The translations under genes were made by a program, and so were the position numbers. A DNA stretch of 64,000 bases from a virus. Shown in pieces: positions 33,540-44,247 of the stretch. Within the stretch, counting starts at the first letter, position 1. Every line of letters begins with the position of its first letter. The notes below the pieces were generated by a model. The model was not told the DNA's origin. It made no database searches and saw nothing but the letters and a program-made list of their open reading frames with translations. The DNA lies in IMG/VR virus record IMGVR_UViG_3300003323_000920, one strand, 5' to 3'.

Positions 33540-34974
33540 TTTTTGTCTTGATTTTTAATTATTGTTTGATGGTTTTGAATTGTCTTCAATTTTAGTACAT
33601 AAATCATGTCCAAATAGGCGCATTGCATCACTTTTATTCCAAAAGTTTATTTCCATTGCACATGATTTGCAATAATATTTTTCTGTAGAATGATTATAAT
33701 ATACTGCCGCAGAATTATTACAAGCGGTTCTATTACATTCTTGGTTATATTCTCCTTTCATTGTTAAAGGTTTTCTTCAATCCATTTATTTAAACTTTCT
33801 TTAGACCAATTAATCCTACCTAATTCCCAATTTTTATACTTTGTAAATAGTTGAATTACTTCCTCTTTGCTCCAACTATCTTTTACCTTCTTAATTGTAA
33901 TGGTATTATCTGGTGATATTTTTAATCTATAGTTTGTAAAGCTGCCTTTTAATGCTAATTCTTCTGTTAAATAATCTTCATATTCAACCATCACTTCATC
34001 AATTCCACCTAATTCACAATACTTTTTAATAAATGAATCAGATGGTCTTGGAAATATTTTTCCATTACCAGTACCTTTACAATTACTACAATATCCTTTT
34101 TGGTCATTCCCCCATCCTCTACATTCTGTACATTCATTGTGTGACAACATGGGATCGGTTGCAGCTATTATCTTAATACATTCATCCCTTTGCCTTTCAA
34201 ATGTATAATCAATAACATCTATTTTTAATACCTGAAATTCATTTCCCATATTCCATAATACCCAATCCCCTTCTTTTATTTCTTCATCAGATAAAAAATA
34301 AAGATGTTGATATGTTCCTTTGAGGTGTTCACCACCAATAATATTATTAAAAGTACATTGTAGTATATTTGTAATGTCTCTTTTAATAATCATGGCTTTA
34401 TCACTTGCTTTTTCTGTAGGAAGCATAACTACTATTGATTTTTCAAACTGTGTCATACACTTTGTTTTTAAGAATTATTATCTGATTTAATGCGCCAAAA
34501 TTTGAAATTAAATCTAAGGTCAGATTGGATAAATCCAAAAGTAATTATCACTATTAAACTATCCACTAATGATATAATTCCATCTAATATATTCAAGAGT
34601 TTATTTTTTCTCTTGTCGAGCTTTATCTTAAACATAAGGCAATACTTTCTTTTTAAAGTAACGATTGTATTTATATAACCAATAGAGGGAATATAGATCA
34701 AAATATGTGTAGATTTCATTGTGGATGTAATGGCAATCAGCCAGTTTTATACTACCTGTATCTACGAAGTATATCACATCATTCCCCCTCCCAATTCTCT
34801 CCCTTTCCCATATTAATTCTCTATCTCTTACAAATTGCTTTTTGGGTAATTCCTTATAAACTATTGAATAATATGAATAGTTATCGCTTAACACAAGAAT
34901 ACTTGCAAACATGAAAATTAAGAGTACAAGCAAAAAAATAAACAAAATTGACATTGTTAAATATTTTTGGTAAT

Positions 34975-35005
34975 AAAAAATGCCCACCATAAAAATGATG
35001 GGCTT
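34975..35005 (-). terminator. intrinsic terminator
   Basis: gccca-ccat/atga-tgggc stem with A6 on the left. Confidence 0.55.
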
Positions 35006-36122
35006 GTGGTTATACTTATTATTATGTAAACAGTAATATTTTTATGGTAAATTTCCTATAGTTGCATCGGATGCAATGCGTTTATAACAATTCATTCGAT
35101 CTGCCAATACCTCAGCTACTTTCCAACCAAAAGCGACTTGATCCAGGGGCATTATTTGATCGAGTGGCTTATTAGTTTCTTCAGCAATTAACAACCTGGT
35201 ATTCTCTGGTATGTATGTTAACGTATTTATTTCAGTTATGAGGTTAATTAATTCCTCATCAGACATTTCAATTAGCTTCATAAGGTATAAAATTTATAAA
35301 TGGTATCTTTTAAGTTGCGGTCTAAATGTGTGACCTGTATATATTCCTTAACAGTACCGGGCCAGCTGATTTCCCCTCGCTTCAAAGCGTGTGTAATTCG
35401 TCCTTTGAGGGCCTTAAATTCTGTTTTATATTGCCGGTTGGCTATTTTATGTAGATGTTGTTGTATTGTGTTCATGATTTATGGTTATTTAATTGTTTAA
35501 TTTTCTGAACTATACTTAATACTTTTTGAACTACGTTTTGACCCTCCTTACCTACAAGCTTAACATTGTCTTTAATTGCATATGCTTCATCTTTTTCCTC
35601 CGAATAATAAAAGGCCCAACCTTCAGCTTCTAGTTCATCAATAGTTTTTTCATTCGCATACAGCCTCATAAAAACTTATTTGTTTTAGATCCCCACACTC
35701 TTTTTCTAATTCAGATAATGCTCCATTTATCCGATACCAATCATAACCAGATAATTGATTATTCTTTGGATTAATGTCAGCACAAGTGGAAAGAATTTCA
35801 ATTGTTTCTATGTGAGGTTTTATTTTTCCTGTTATTAATTTCATTTCTTCCCATTCTTTCCGTTCTTCTTCATTCAGTTTATCCCAAAAAAAGAGAGTTT
35901 TAAATCTATTAAATTTGGATTCATTTTCTCCAAAGTCATAATTGTGATGATATATAATTAAAGCGGCCCTATTATCTAAATCGACAAACTTTTTCATAAC
36001 AATTATTTTAAATAGTGAGCTAATTGTAATAGTTTAATAACAACTATTACACATACGAAAATCCCAATTGATTTTGCAACGAAGGGGAAATACGATTTAA
36101 CATTCGTATACTTCGTACAAAT

Positions 36123-36146
36123 AAAAAATGCTCCCATAAGGAAGCA
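36123..36146 (-). terminator. intrinsic terminator
   Basis: Minus strand tgcttcc-ttat-gggagca-tttttt. Confidence 0.6.
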
Positions 36147-37066
36147 GCAGATGTAAAATATTATATCGATCATTTTAATGGTTTTTTAATATTTACTCCC
36201 TCCTTTATTAATATATTCTTTTATTTCTTCATCATTCATTACCTTGTCTGGTGCTACACAATTAAATATATTTTCTTCATTATCATGATCAAGAATTTGA
36301 ATATTAATATCGTGTGTATTAGTGTAGATATTCCATATCATGCCTTTTCTAACTTCTATTGTAATTGTTGGAGTAGTCATAACATTAAACATTAAGAGTG
36401 ATAGAATTGAATATAAAGAACATGATGGGTGTTATATAATGGTACATTTCCATATACCCCCTCATACCATTTAGCACATTCCCAGGCATCTTCACGGTCA
36501 TTTGCTTTTATAAGGGTACTTTTACCATTTGAAAAATATAGTTTGTATGTGCGCATAATTATATCATTTTGTCATAAGCTGCCCAATAATCCTTATTGGT
36601 CAATTTATTTTTACAATTACCAATGGGGAAAGAAGCTACAAATTCATAACCTATTCCGGTTTTAGATTGCCGATATTGATCCAAATACAATTGTACATCC
36701 TTGCCCGAATATTGACTATATACATTCATGAAATCCTCCCTTTCATGTTCTATATTTGTTCCATTGGGCCAATGTGCCCTTATTATTTTCATCAACATAG
36801 GTAATCAATTTAAACCAATGATAAAACAACTTGAAAACTGTGTTCCAGATATTTCACCTGGAAGAATATTTGATTTCTGATCAGCCACACTATAAATAGT
36901 ACTTTTTTCGTGCATTTCTATAGTATGAGTAATGCAAGACCACAACCCGTTATCCAGGTCATTGTAAAAAGTATCGGAATACATAAAATTGGAATTAAAT
37001 GTGGGAGGGGTTATTTATTTTGTTTATTGTACCATTTATCATAAATGAAGTTTCAACAACTATTAT

Positions 37067-37552
37067 TTATGATTCAATAGTCAAATATTCTATTTCTTTT
37101 TCAGTAAATTCTTGTCCTTCTTTAATATTCGGTGTTAAAATTTCTCCTACTGTTTTGAAACATCCTGTAGTCATTTCAATACATTTATACTTGTGTGTAT
37201 TACACTGAAACTTACTTAGTATTTCAGTAACTACCCCAAAACTACCTTTGATAGGAGAAATTATTTCATCCCCCACCTCTATATCTCTGGAGCAGAGGAA
37301 GAGTTTAACTTTTTTACAGTATGACTTATTTAATCTAAAATCGCCATCTGATTCAGTGACTAGTAGACCAATATTATTTATGTTTTTAACAAAAAAATAA
37401 GAGTTAGCATATAATACCCAATCCCCTTCCTTTATCTCTCCCTCTACAGGAAGATATTTAGCAAAGTAATTTTTCATAATAATAAGTTTTAAAACGAAAA
37501 AACCGGACAATATGCCCGGCCTGAAATTATATACAGAGTTAGTAATTACCAA
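37067..37552 (-). CDS. hypothetical protein, 'YFAKYLPV...KVKLFLCSRDI' family (likely start at 37477)
   Basis: Paralogue of 11058..11609. Confidence 0.7.
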   Translation of the reverse strand: MVITNSVYNFRPGILSGFFVLKLIIMKNYFAKYLPVEGEIKEGDWVLYANSYFFVKNINNIGLLVTESDGDFRLNKSYCKKVKLFLCSRDIEVGDEIISPIKGSFGVVTEILSKFQCNTHKYKCIEMTTGCFKTVGEILTPNIKEGQEFTEKEIEYLTIES

Positions 37553-37893
37553 TCAGTAATTTTGGGACCGAATGCAGTAAAACGCATTGATTCGCCCGTA
37601 ATTTTTAGTTCATTATCCCACTTACAAATAAAACTAAATAATGGTTCTAAAGCAGGATATTCCTTTATATCTGCATTATCAATATGATGACCATGCTTAT
37701 CAACAAAAAACCAGGTTCCCATGGCCATGATAAACTCTTTTAATTCTGGATTATGAGCTAATATTTCGCGGGCCATTTTTTCAACATTATCAACAGCTAA
37801 TTTTGTAGCTTTATCTAAATGAGATTGTATTTCATCATTTAATACCTTGCGGTCTAATTCTTCTAAAGCTCTCATATAATGTAAGTTGAAAAG

Positions 37894-38307
37894 TTATTGA
37901 ATTTCCTGTAATTCTTCCAGTTCTTCAGCTGTAAACATTGATTCAACGGCCTTCCATTGTTTTACTACAGCCTCATATGTTTTTTTAATTTTTGGATATT
38001 CAGAGAGCGGTAAATCATTATATCCGTAATTATCACAAAAATCCTCAAAGGATCCCGGATCATATTTTTCAATACTCGTTAAAAAGTCATAAGCACTGGG
38101 TTCTACTCCTTGGTCGGCTATACTTTGCCCAAATTCGCAGCTATATGATTTTTTACCTCTCCGCAAAGTAATTTTATAAATATCCCTTTCTTCCCCGTTT
38201 TTATCCCATGGCATTGAACCATAACGTAGGTATTTAACATTTACTTTTGCGCCCGTTTTGGTTAAAAAATTTATTGCTTGCTGTTGATAGTCTGTAGTTG
38301 TAGACAT
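37894..38307 (-). CDS. conserved phage protein of unknown function
   Basis: FGQS...PSAYDFLTS...DPGSFEDFCDNYGY pattern. Confidence 0.6.
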   Translation of the reverse strand: MSTTTDYQQQAINFLTKTGAKVNVKYLRYGSMPWDKNGEERDIYKITLRRGKKSYSCEFGQSIADQGVEPSAYDFLTSIEKYDPGSFEDFCDNYGYNDLPLSEYPKIKKTYEAVVKQWKAVESMFTAEELEELQEIQ

Positions 38308-39417
38308 AATACTAAGTTTTTTAATATTTTTATAAAATTATTTCTTATTCATATCCGTAGCCGGTGCGGTTTTGTGTTTGTCGATGTACTCTGCACACTT
38401 TTTATACGCATCCATATAGCTTTCTGAGCTGCCAACATTATAACGAAATCTGGGAACTTTGGGGGAAGTGATCAGAGTGGTTAACGATCTCGTTTTTGCG
38501 CGCGGGTGAGTATTGGCACTTCTGTATATGTTTGCTCCGTTGTGTGTTCCTATAATTATTAATGGTACTGCCATTCTTTTATCATTTGTGCGCCTTACGG
38601 GGCACTGGTGAATTTATTTTGAGAATTTTTTACGTAGATTCAATAAGGCGCGCCAGCGTTTATTTACTATTGGAATTTCATCCGGTGCCTTTTTATGCAT
38701 TGCAATACACCAATCTTGTAGCGCTTTTAATGTTATTTCTACATCTGACAAATCAGAACAGTCTTTTGCACGATATATGGAAGATGGGATTTTCATTTCT
38801 TTTTGTTTAAGGGCAGGCCCGCAGGCCTGGCAGGTGAATTAATCATTAAAATAATAATTATCCCCTCTAAACAATTCCTTCCCTTGTTCGTCTAATACTT
38901 CAGCAACCCATCCCGCACAATCAACAATCGGACGGTTATTATGAACTAATGGCGTAATTCTACTTTCTATAGCTCCTGCCCTCTCCCACTGATCAACAAT
39001 AGTTACATCTTTAGGATCGGTGTATTCCTTATGGTCAATTTCAAAACTTTGTGAAAAATAAGGTACTTCGGTCATAAACTGACTGGCTTCATTAAGCTGC
39101 CAAATGTTTAAAATGAATTTTGCGTTCATAAAAAGCAATTTAATAATTATAATACATACAATGGGTAATTACAACTTGGTTTTGTCTATAGGTAAAAATC
39201 ATATTTTCACCCAAAAAACAACCACAACAATCATGTGAGCAGCCACAATCTTCCACATTATGGGAATGTAAGTTGCAATAATTTTCTATTATTTTTTTTC
39301 TTCTTTCTGTCATTCTACCAGAAAAAGAGCGCTCAAAAATAGAGTAATCAAGTTCCCAACTAACTAAAGTTAGCCTATAATTAGGTTTAATAGTTATTGT
39401 TGACATAAGAGTAAGTT

Positions 39418-39708
39418 TTAAAGTTTTAATTTAATCTCTTTACAACCCAATGCCCTTGCGTATCTATACGTAAAGGTAAGGGAGCCATTAAATTTGTTTT
39501 TACTGCTGGGGGTTTCATAATGATTAACGTTTGATGGATCACACCCCATGCGTTCCCCCATTACATTAAAAGATAAACCTAAAAATAGTCTATATTCCCG
39601 CAATTGTTGCCCCAGATGTTTGTTAACATCTAAAGTTATAGATTTAAACCGTATTCCTGTCCGAGGTTTTTTAATGGGTCCATATGATACCCCTTTATGT
39701 CTACCCAT
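39418..39708 (-). CDS. XRE/Cro-like helix-turn-helix regulator
   Basis: LGQQLREYRLFLGLSFNVMGERMGCDPSNVNHYE. Confidence 0.75.
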   Translation of the reverse strand: MGRHKGVSYGPIKKPRTGIRFKSITLDVNKHLGQQLREYRLFLGLSFNVMGERMGCDPSNVNHYETPSSKNKFNGSLTFTYRYARALGCKEIKLKL

Positions 39709-39712
39709 TTTA

Positions 39713-39985
39713 TTAAAATTCTCTCATCATTTCATTGAGACGCTTATAATCTAACCGGGTTCCGGTCCATGCTATCCCATCAGGGGTATTAGTACCTGTT
39801 AAACCCGCCCATTTACAAAAATTCTTATAAACGGCGGCATTCCTATTTTTACAAATACCTCTCATATAATCAACGGCCTGATTATATAAACCTTGATCGT
39901 TATTAATCCATAACGCAACGTTCCAGGTTTGGTAATTTTTCCAACCATTATAGGTAGTATCTTTCTTAACTGTTTGAGTATTCAT
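39713..39985 (-). CDS. conserved phage protein (GWxNYxTWxVxLW family)
   Basis: YNGWKNYQTWNVALWINND. Confidence 0.6.
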   Translation of the reverse strand: MNTQTVKKDTTYNGWKNYQTWNVALWINNDQGLYNQAVDYMRGICKNRNAAVYKNFCKWAGLTGTNTPDGIAWTGTRLDYKRLNEMMREF

Positions 39986-41014
39986 AATAATAAGATTTTA
40001 CATTAATTCTTTAATACCTAAAAGGGAGACAATAGTAATATAATCCTGTTGAGTTAAAGCCGCATTGATAGTAGTAAATTGCCTGTCTGCTTTACCGTCT
40101 AAATAATTCGTTTCTATTAGATAGAATTCTCCATACATCCCAATACAACATTCTAATGTTGTGGGGCTTTTAGTATGACGATAAACCTCAAACAATGGTT
40201 TATCCATTATTAACTCCCATCCTTTGGAAATTAGAAATTCCCTATTTATTGCATTGGGCCGGTTCATCATTGCAATAGATAATGGGGTTGTTGGTGTTTT
40301 CATGATAATATTATTTTTCTTGGCTGTTATACCATTCTATAAACTTAATTACCGCATTATAAACAGCACTTAGTTTATTATTTTTAACTCGAATTTCAAA
40401 ATCCGGAACATTCACAATTTGGGGATGTGAATGTAATAATATAAATCCTGGTCCTATTTCAAACCAATAGGCATTGGTAATTTTACTGTCTGTTAAAGAT
40501 TCAATTTTTTCTACTACTCCCATTATCCAGTCCCATGAATTATGGTATTTCATGCTTTCTACATTCATCTGTTCACAATTATAATTATATTCGCCTGTTT
40601 CATCATTTGGAAGATATAGTAAATTTATACCGTTTGGTCCTTCGGTTACTGAAGGCTTCCAACCCATGAATTTTGCAATAACTATATTATTACTAATAAT
40701 TTGGGCTGTGGCTTCAGATGTTAAATTTTCCATAATAATAGGTTTTTATGCGAAAAGTAAAATAATTTATTTTTCGTTAATGGTTGGTATACGCCACCTT
40801 CCGCTATTATCTTTAATAGCAAGAATTTTCACCACATAACCGTTATTATACCTTATTGATACTTTACTATAACCATGTCGAGTAGCGTACATTTTAGCGC
40901 CCCTTTCCGTCATACTCACATCAATATGTTCACCGTTTTTATTTATCACTCCATAAGTGTGTGCCATAATAATAAGTTTTAAAATGTAAGGACTAAATAT
41001 TACCCCTCCGCATT

Positions 41015-41097
41015 CAATAGTAATATGCTAAACCTATCCTCTTTACAGGGGAACGGCGGGATTTGAACCCCCATATTAGCCCATCATATTACTATTG
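41015..41097 (-). ncRNA. structured element: 13-bp stem enclosing a tRNA T-arm-like hairpin
   Basis: caatagtaatatg (41015-27) / catattactattg (41085-97); minus strand GGGGG-TTCAAAT-CCCGC inside. Confidence 0.35.
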
Positions 41098-41539
41098 CCC
41101 ACCCTTGGGAAGTGAGTGTGATGCGTTAATTTATTTATTCAGGTAATTCTACTATACCCAACTCTTTTAATTTTTCTTTATCCAAAGGATAAAATAAAAT
41201 ATCCTCAATGCGTGCTAATGTTTTAAATTTCCCATCGATAGTAATACCCATTACAGAAGGAATAAAACCGGCTGCTAAATATTCCTTAACCACTTTAAAT
41301 TTCATATTTCTACCAATAAGGCGAAAATATTTATCAGTTTTCATAATCCATTGATTTAAAATATGTTAAATAAATAACAAGGAAATTAACAAAAAATAGA
41401 TGTATTTTTGCACCGTTCAAAGTTACATAATACATTCATTTAATGTTAACCCCTTGTTATTTAATATGATAAATGATTTGTAAAAGTAAATAACCTCATT
41501 ATGCCGTGATCAGCTTTACCCGTTATAGTGATATTCAAG

Positions 41540-41880
41540 TTAAGGGCCTACTATTCCGGTAGGTAACCGGTGAAATGAATACAGCGGCTCCGTGAATGTT
41601 ACCCAAATTATTTACCTTCACAAATCAATGAGATAATCAATTTTTATTTAATACGGATCGTTTAATGTGATCCTTTTCGCGGATGCCAACATTAGGGACA
41701 AGTCAACCTAACGGCGTGTATCTCGCTACCTTTCCTGCTGTTTTATGATGTGGTTCTACCACTTCAGGGCGTACATGTTACATAGGCTCATACGCTTGCC
41801 TTTATTGGTTACTGCCAATTATCAGGAGGAAATAACATTTCCCCATGACGGTTACTATAATTTTCACCGGTTACAACAAT
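41540..41880. ncRNA. candidate large structured ncRNA
   Basis: 13-bp closing stem 41563-75/41862-74 plus five internal hairpins; no credible ORF. Confidence 0.45.
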
Positions 41881-42168
41881 CCACGATCATAGAAATAATA
41901 AGGGGTTTGCTTTTAAATCAGCCTTATCCTTATTTGTGGTAGTTGATTATTCTACCTTTCAACGATTATATCTATAACCTCCAAATTGTTTGACGTTTGT
42001 TAGCTGTACGTGTTGTAAATAATCCTTATTGCTTACCATCTTGTGGGCAGCATTCGTTCGGGAATGTATATCTTCACTACAACTAACAATAAAAGAACTG
42101 CTGCATTAAACACATTTCCTACTACCATATCTATAAAAATGCCCTTAAATTAGAAAGGTAGTTTATCA

Positions 42169-42176
42169 CAAATATA
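42169..42176 (-). promoter_or_regulatory. TATATTTG -7 element
   Basis: caaatata directly adjoining the first 39-nt repeat. Confidence 0.5.
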
Positions 42177-42181
42177 TTGCC

Positions 42182-42291
42182 GGTATCTGTTCCCGTGCTT
42201 AGTAAGGCACGTTATCTGTTGCAGGCATAAAAAGAACTTTGTTTGTCAACTTGGTATCTGTTCCCACACTTAACTAGGTGTGTTATCTGTT
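42182..42291. repeat. two 39-nt hairpin-containing repeats separated by 32 nt
   Basis: ggtatctgttcc-cgtgc-ttagtaag-gcacg-ttatctgtt and ggtatctgttcc-cacac-ttaactag-gtgtg-ttatctgtt. Confidence 0.9.
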
Positions 42292-42306
42292 TCATCGTTG
42301 CCAATA

Positions 42307-42314
42307 CAAATATA
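42307..42314 (-). promoter_or_regulatory. TATATTTG -7 element
   Basis: caaatata, with 24-nt direct repeats upstream. Confidence 0.55.
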
Positions 42315-42316
42315 CA

Positions 42317-42403
42317 CCCATTTTTCTATTTTCCAATTTTTTTATCATATTTTTTTGTCATTGTTTTGTCAGTTATTTTCCCATTTTTCTATTTTCCAAT
42401 TTT
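42317..42403. repeat. 24-nt direct repeat cccatttttctattttccaatttt (two copies)
   Basis: 42317-42340 and 42380-42403. Confidence 0.85.
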
Positions 42404-42624
42404 CCCCAAACAGTACGCAATCCCCTTAAATACCTACATCACTAAGAAAGTATAAACCATAATAAAGAGAAAGAAAGGAGTAAATAGAATATACTTCGGG
42501 AGAATACATTTATTACATTCCCATTTATTCAATTATTCTATGGCCCATTTAATTTGCTACTGTTTATTATTTGTAGTCATTTAATCAGCTTTGACCTGGT
42601 TGTTGTGCTACGAGATGTTCGTAG

Positions 42625-42642
42625 ATACGAATCGATTCGTAT
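42625..42642. repeat. perfect 18-bp palindrome atacgaatcgattcgtat
   Basis: Read directly; abuts the hairpin ctacga-gatgt-tcgtag (42608-24). Confidence 0.9.
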
Positions 42643-43466
42643 GTTATCGCTATATTATTGCGTATTCGCAGTGTATTATTGCACATTTATTGCGTATTTA
42701 TTGATGTTGTATTGTGTTTACGCCCTTTCTCTAACATACATATCACCACACCATAATGGATTATTCTACTGTAATAAATTGATAAAACCCCGTGTTTATT
42801 TGCCATTCATGCATTATTCTATTGTATTGCATTGTCATTGCTTATTATTTATTATTATTTTTTCCTTTTTCCTAATGAATTAATGAATGATTGGACCAGG
42901 AAGTGACCGGGGGGATACCGGCAGGTTGAAATTTATGATGGGGGCTGAAGAATGATGTACACTACAATCCAATACACATAGCGAAATTCCAATTTCAATG
43001 AAAATCAATAATTTAACAAATCAAATTCTGGCCAATTATTTCAATTTTTGGCAAATGTTTGTAAGGATTTTTACAATTTTCCTGACAAAAACAAGATTTT
43101 AAACATAAAAATCAATAATTGCAATAAAAACCTTCTCTGCATGGAGGTCGAAGAGTGGAAAAGCTAACAGATCCTGTAAAATGATGAATATTTTCAGCAA
43201 AATCCCAATAAATGATGAAAATATCCTACATTTAATATGATAGAATACTTTGTTACTTCTGGTAGAAGTATTACTGTCTTTAGATACAAATAATAAGGCC
43301 CCACGTTTCTACGGAGGGGCTTCTTTATTGAATGCTATTTATATAAAGACAAAATACCAGGCGAGAACACCCGGTATCCATTTCTTTCAAAGTAGAAGTT
43401 ATCTCCCCAATATCGAGGATTGAAACAAAGATATTATGTAGTCATATAAATATTGTTAATTAAACG

Positions 43467-43796
43467 TTAACGCTTTTCATCTGGAATTGTATCATACCAT
43501 TTCCAAGCATCATCTAAAACCCACTCCAGCTCCTCGATAGTGGAAAGATTAAATTCTGAAATTCCATCATTAAAAGGCATTGCTACCAATTGGAATATTT
43601 CAGCATTTTTTCCCTCTTCTACCCTGGAGTAATCTTTACTTACATGTTTTACTACGGGGCCGGTTTTATCCATATTTAATACACCAATAAGAGTAACTGG
43701 CGGATCCATTCTCAATATGTACTCAAAATCTGGCTCATAAGGATTTTTAGCCAATAAATAATTACTCATATAATAAAAAAATTTTAATAAAATCAA
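43467..43796 (-). CDS. hypothetical protein (moron-like; likely start MSNYLLAKN)
   Basis: Isolated ORF flanked by terminator-like hairpins. Confidence 0.55.
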   Translation of the reverse strand: MILLKFFYYMSNYLLAKNPYEPDFEYILRMDPPVTLIGVLNMDKTGPVVKHVSKDYSRVEEGKNAEIFQLVAMPFNDGISEFNLSTIEELEWVLDDAWKWYDTIPDEKR

Positions 43797-43846
43797 AGAT
43801 GTTTCAATCTCTCATTTTATTAGGTTAATTATAAGTTAACATAAAT

Positions 43847-43876
43847 AAAAAAACCAGGCAATAATGCCCGGTTCGC
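43847..43876 (-). terminator. intrinsic terminator
   Basis: Minus strand aaccgggc-attatt-gcctggtt-ttttt. Confidence 0.65.
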
Positions 43877-44023
43877 TTATATTTTATTTATCCAATAATT
43901 ATGTGAATGACCCCCTTTAAACAAAGCGGGAATTATTTCGCTCTATCTTAATTGATAATTTGCACAACGTTCTTAGTATAATATTAATGGATATATACGA
44001 TGAAAAGAGTATTGTCGGTTTTT

Positions 44024-44056
44024 AAAAACCACCATAACTTGAAAGAAATGGTGGTA
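44024..44056 (-). terminator. intrinsic terminator (ACCACCAT/ATGGTGGT)
   Basis: 8-bp stem with A5 on the left of the + strand. Confidence 0.65.
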
Positions 44057-44132
44057 TTAGGTGAAAAATTAAATCTTCGGGGAGGGAAAATTGTAGCCTT
44101 CCACTCCTATTGCAATATAACATTTTCCAAAT

Positions 44133-44166
44133 AAAAAACCACCAGTCCTGTCTGGGAACCTGGTGG
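44133..44166 (-). terminator. intrinsic terminator (CCACCAG/CTGGTGG)
   Basis: 7-bp stem with A6 on the left of the + strand. Confidence 0.65.
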
Positions 44167-44247
44167 CCTGTCCTTAATACTTAGAGGGACCATACTTTTC
44201 TAAATATCAAGACCGCAATAATATAGCAATTCTACGATTTGACAAAT

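Larger units (their letters stand above)
33555..41344 (-). other. array of about 24 small hypothetical accessory (probably early) ORFs
   Basis: Co-oriented ORFs, many with a shared AAAACTTATTATTATG-like start context. Confidence 0.6.

Noticed and set aside
36139-36148. SRP RNA-like AGGAAGCAGC motif
   Set aside because: It is one arm of a minus-strand terminator hairpin; the rest of the SRP structure is absent
11391-37314. diversity-generating retroelement template/variable repeat pair
   Set aside because: Mismatches are not confined to adenines of one copy, and there is no reverse transcriptase in the window
41041-41110. complete tRNA or tmRNA gene
   Set aside because: T-arm-like motif only; no matching 5' acceptor strand at tRNA distance, no D or anticodon arms, no CCA
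42182-42291. CRISPR mini-array
   Set aside because: Only two units, differing at 9 of 39 nt, and no cas genes in the window; kept as an unexplained structured repeat instead
42554-42883. 109-aa plus-strand ORF
   Set aside because: TTG start and a low-complexity Y/C/L composition arising from TATTG repeats; probably non-coding
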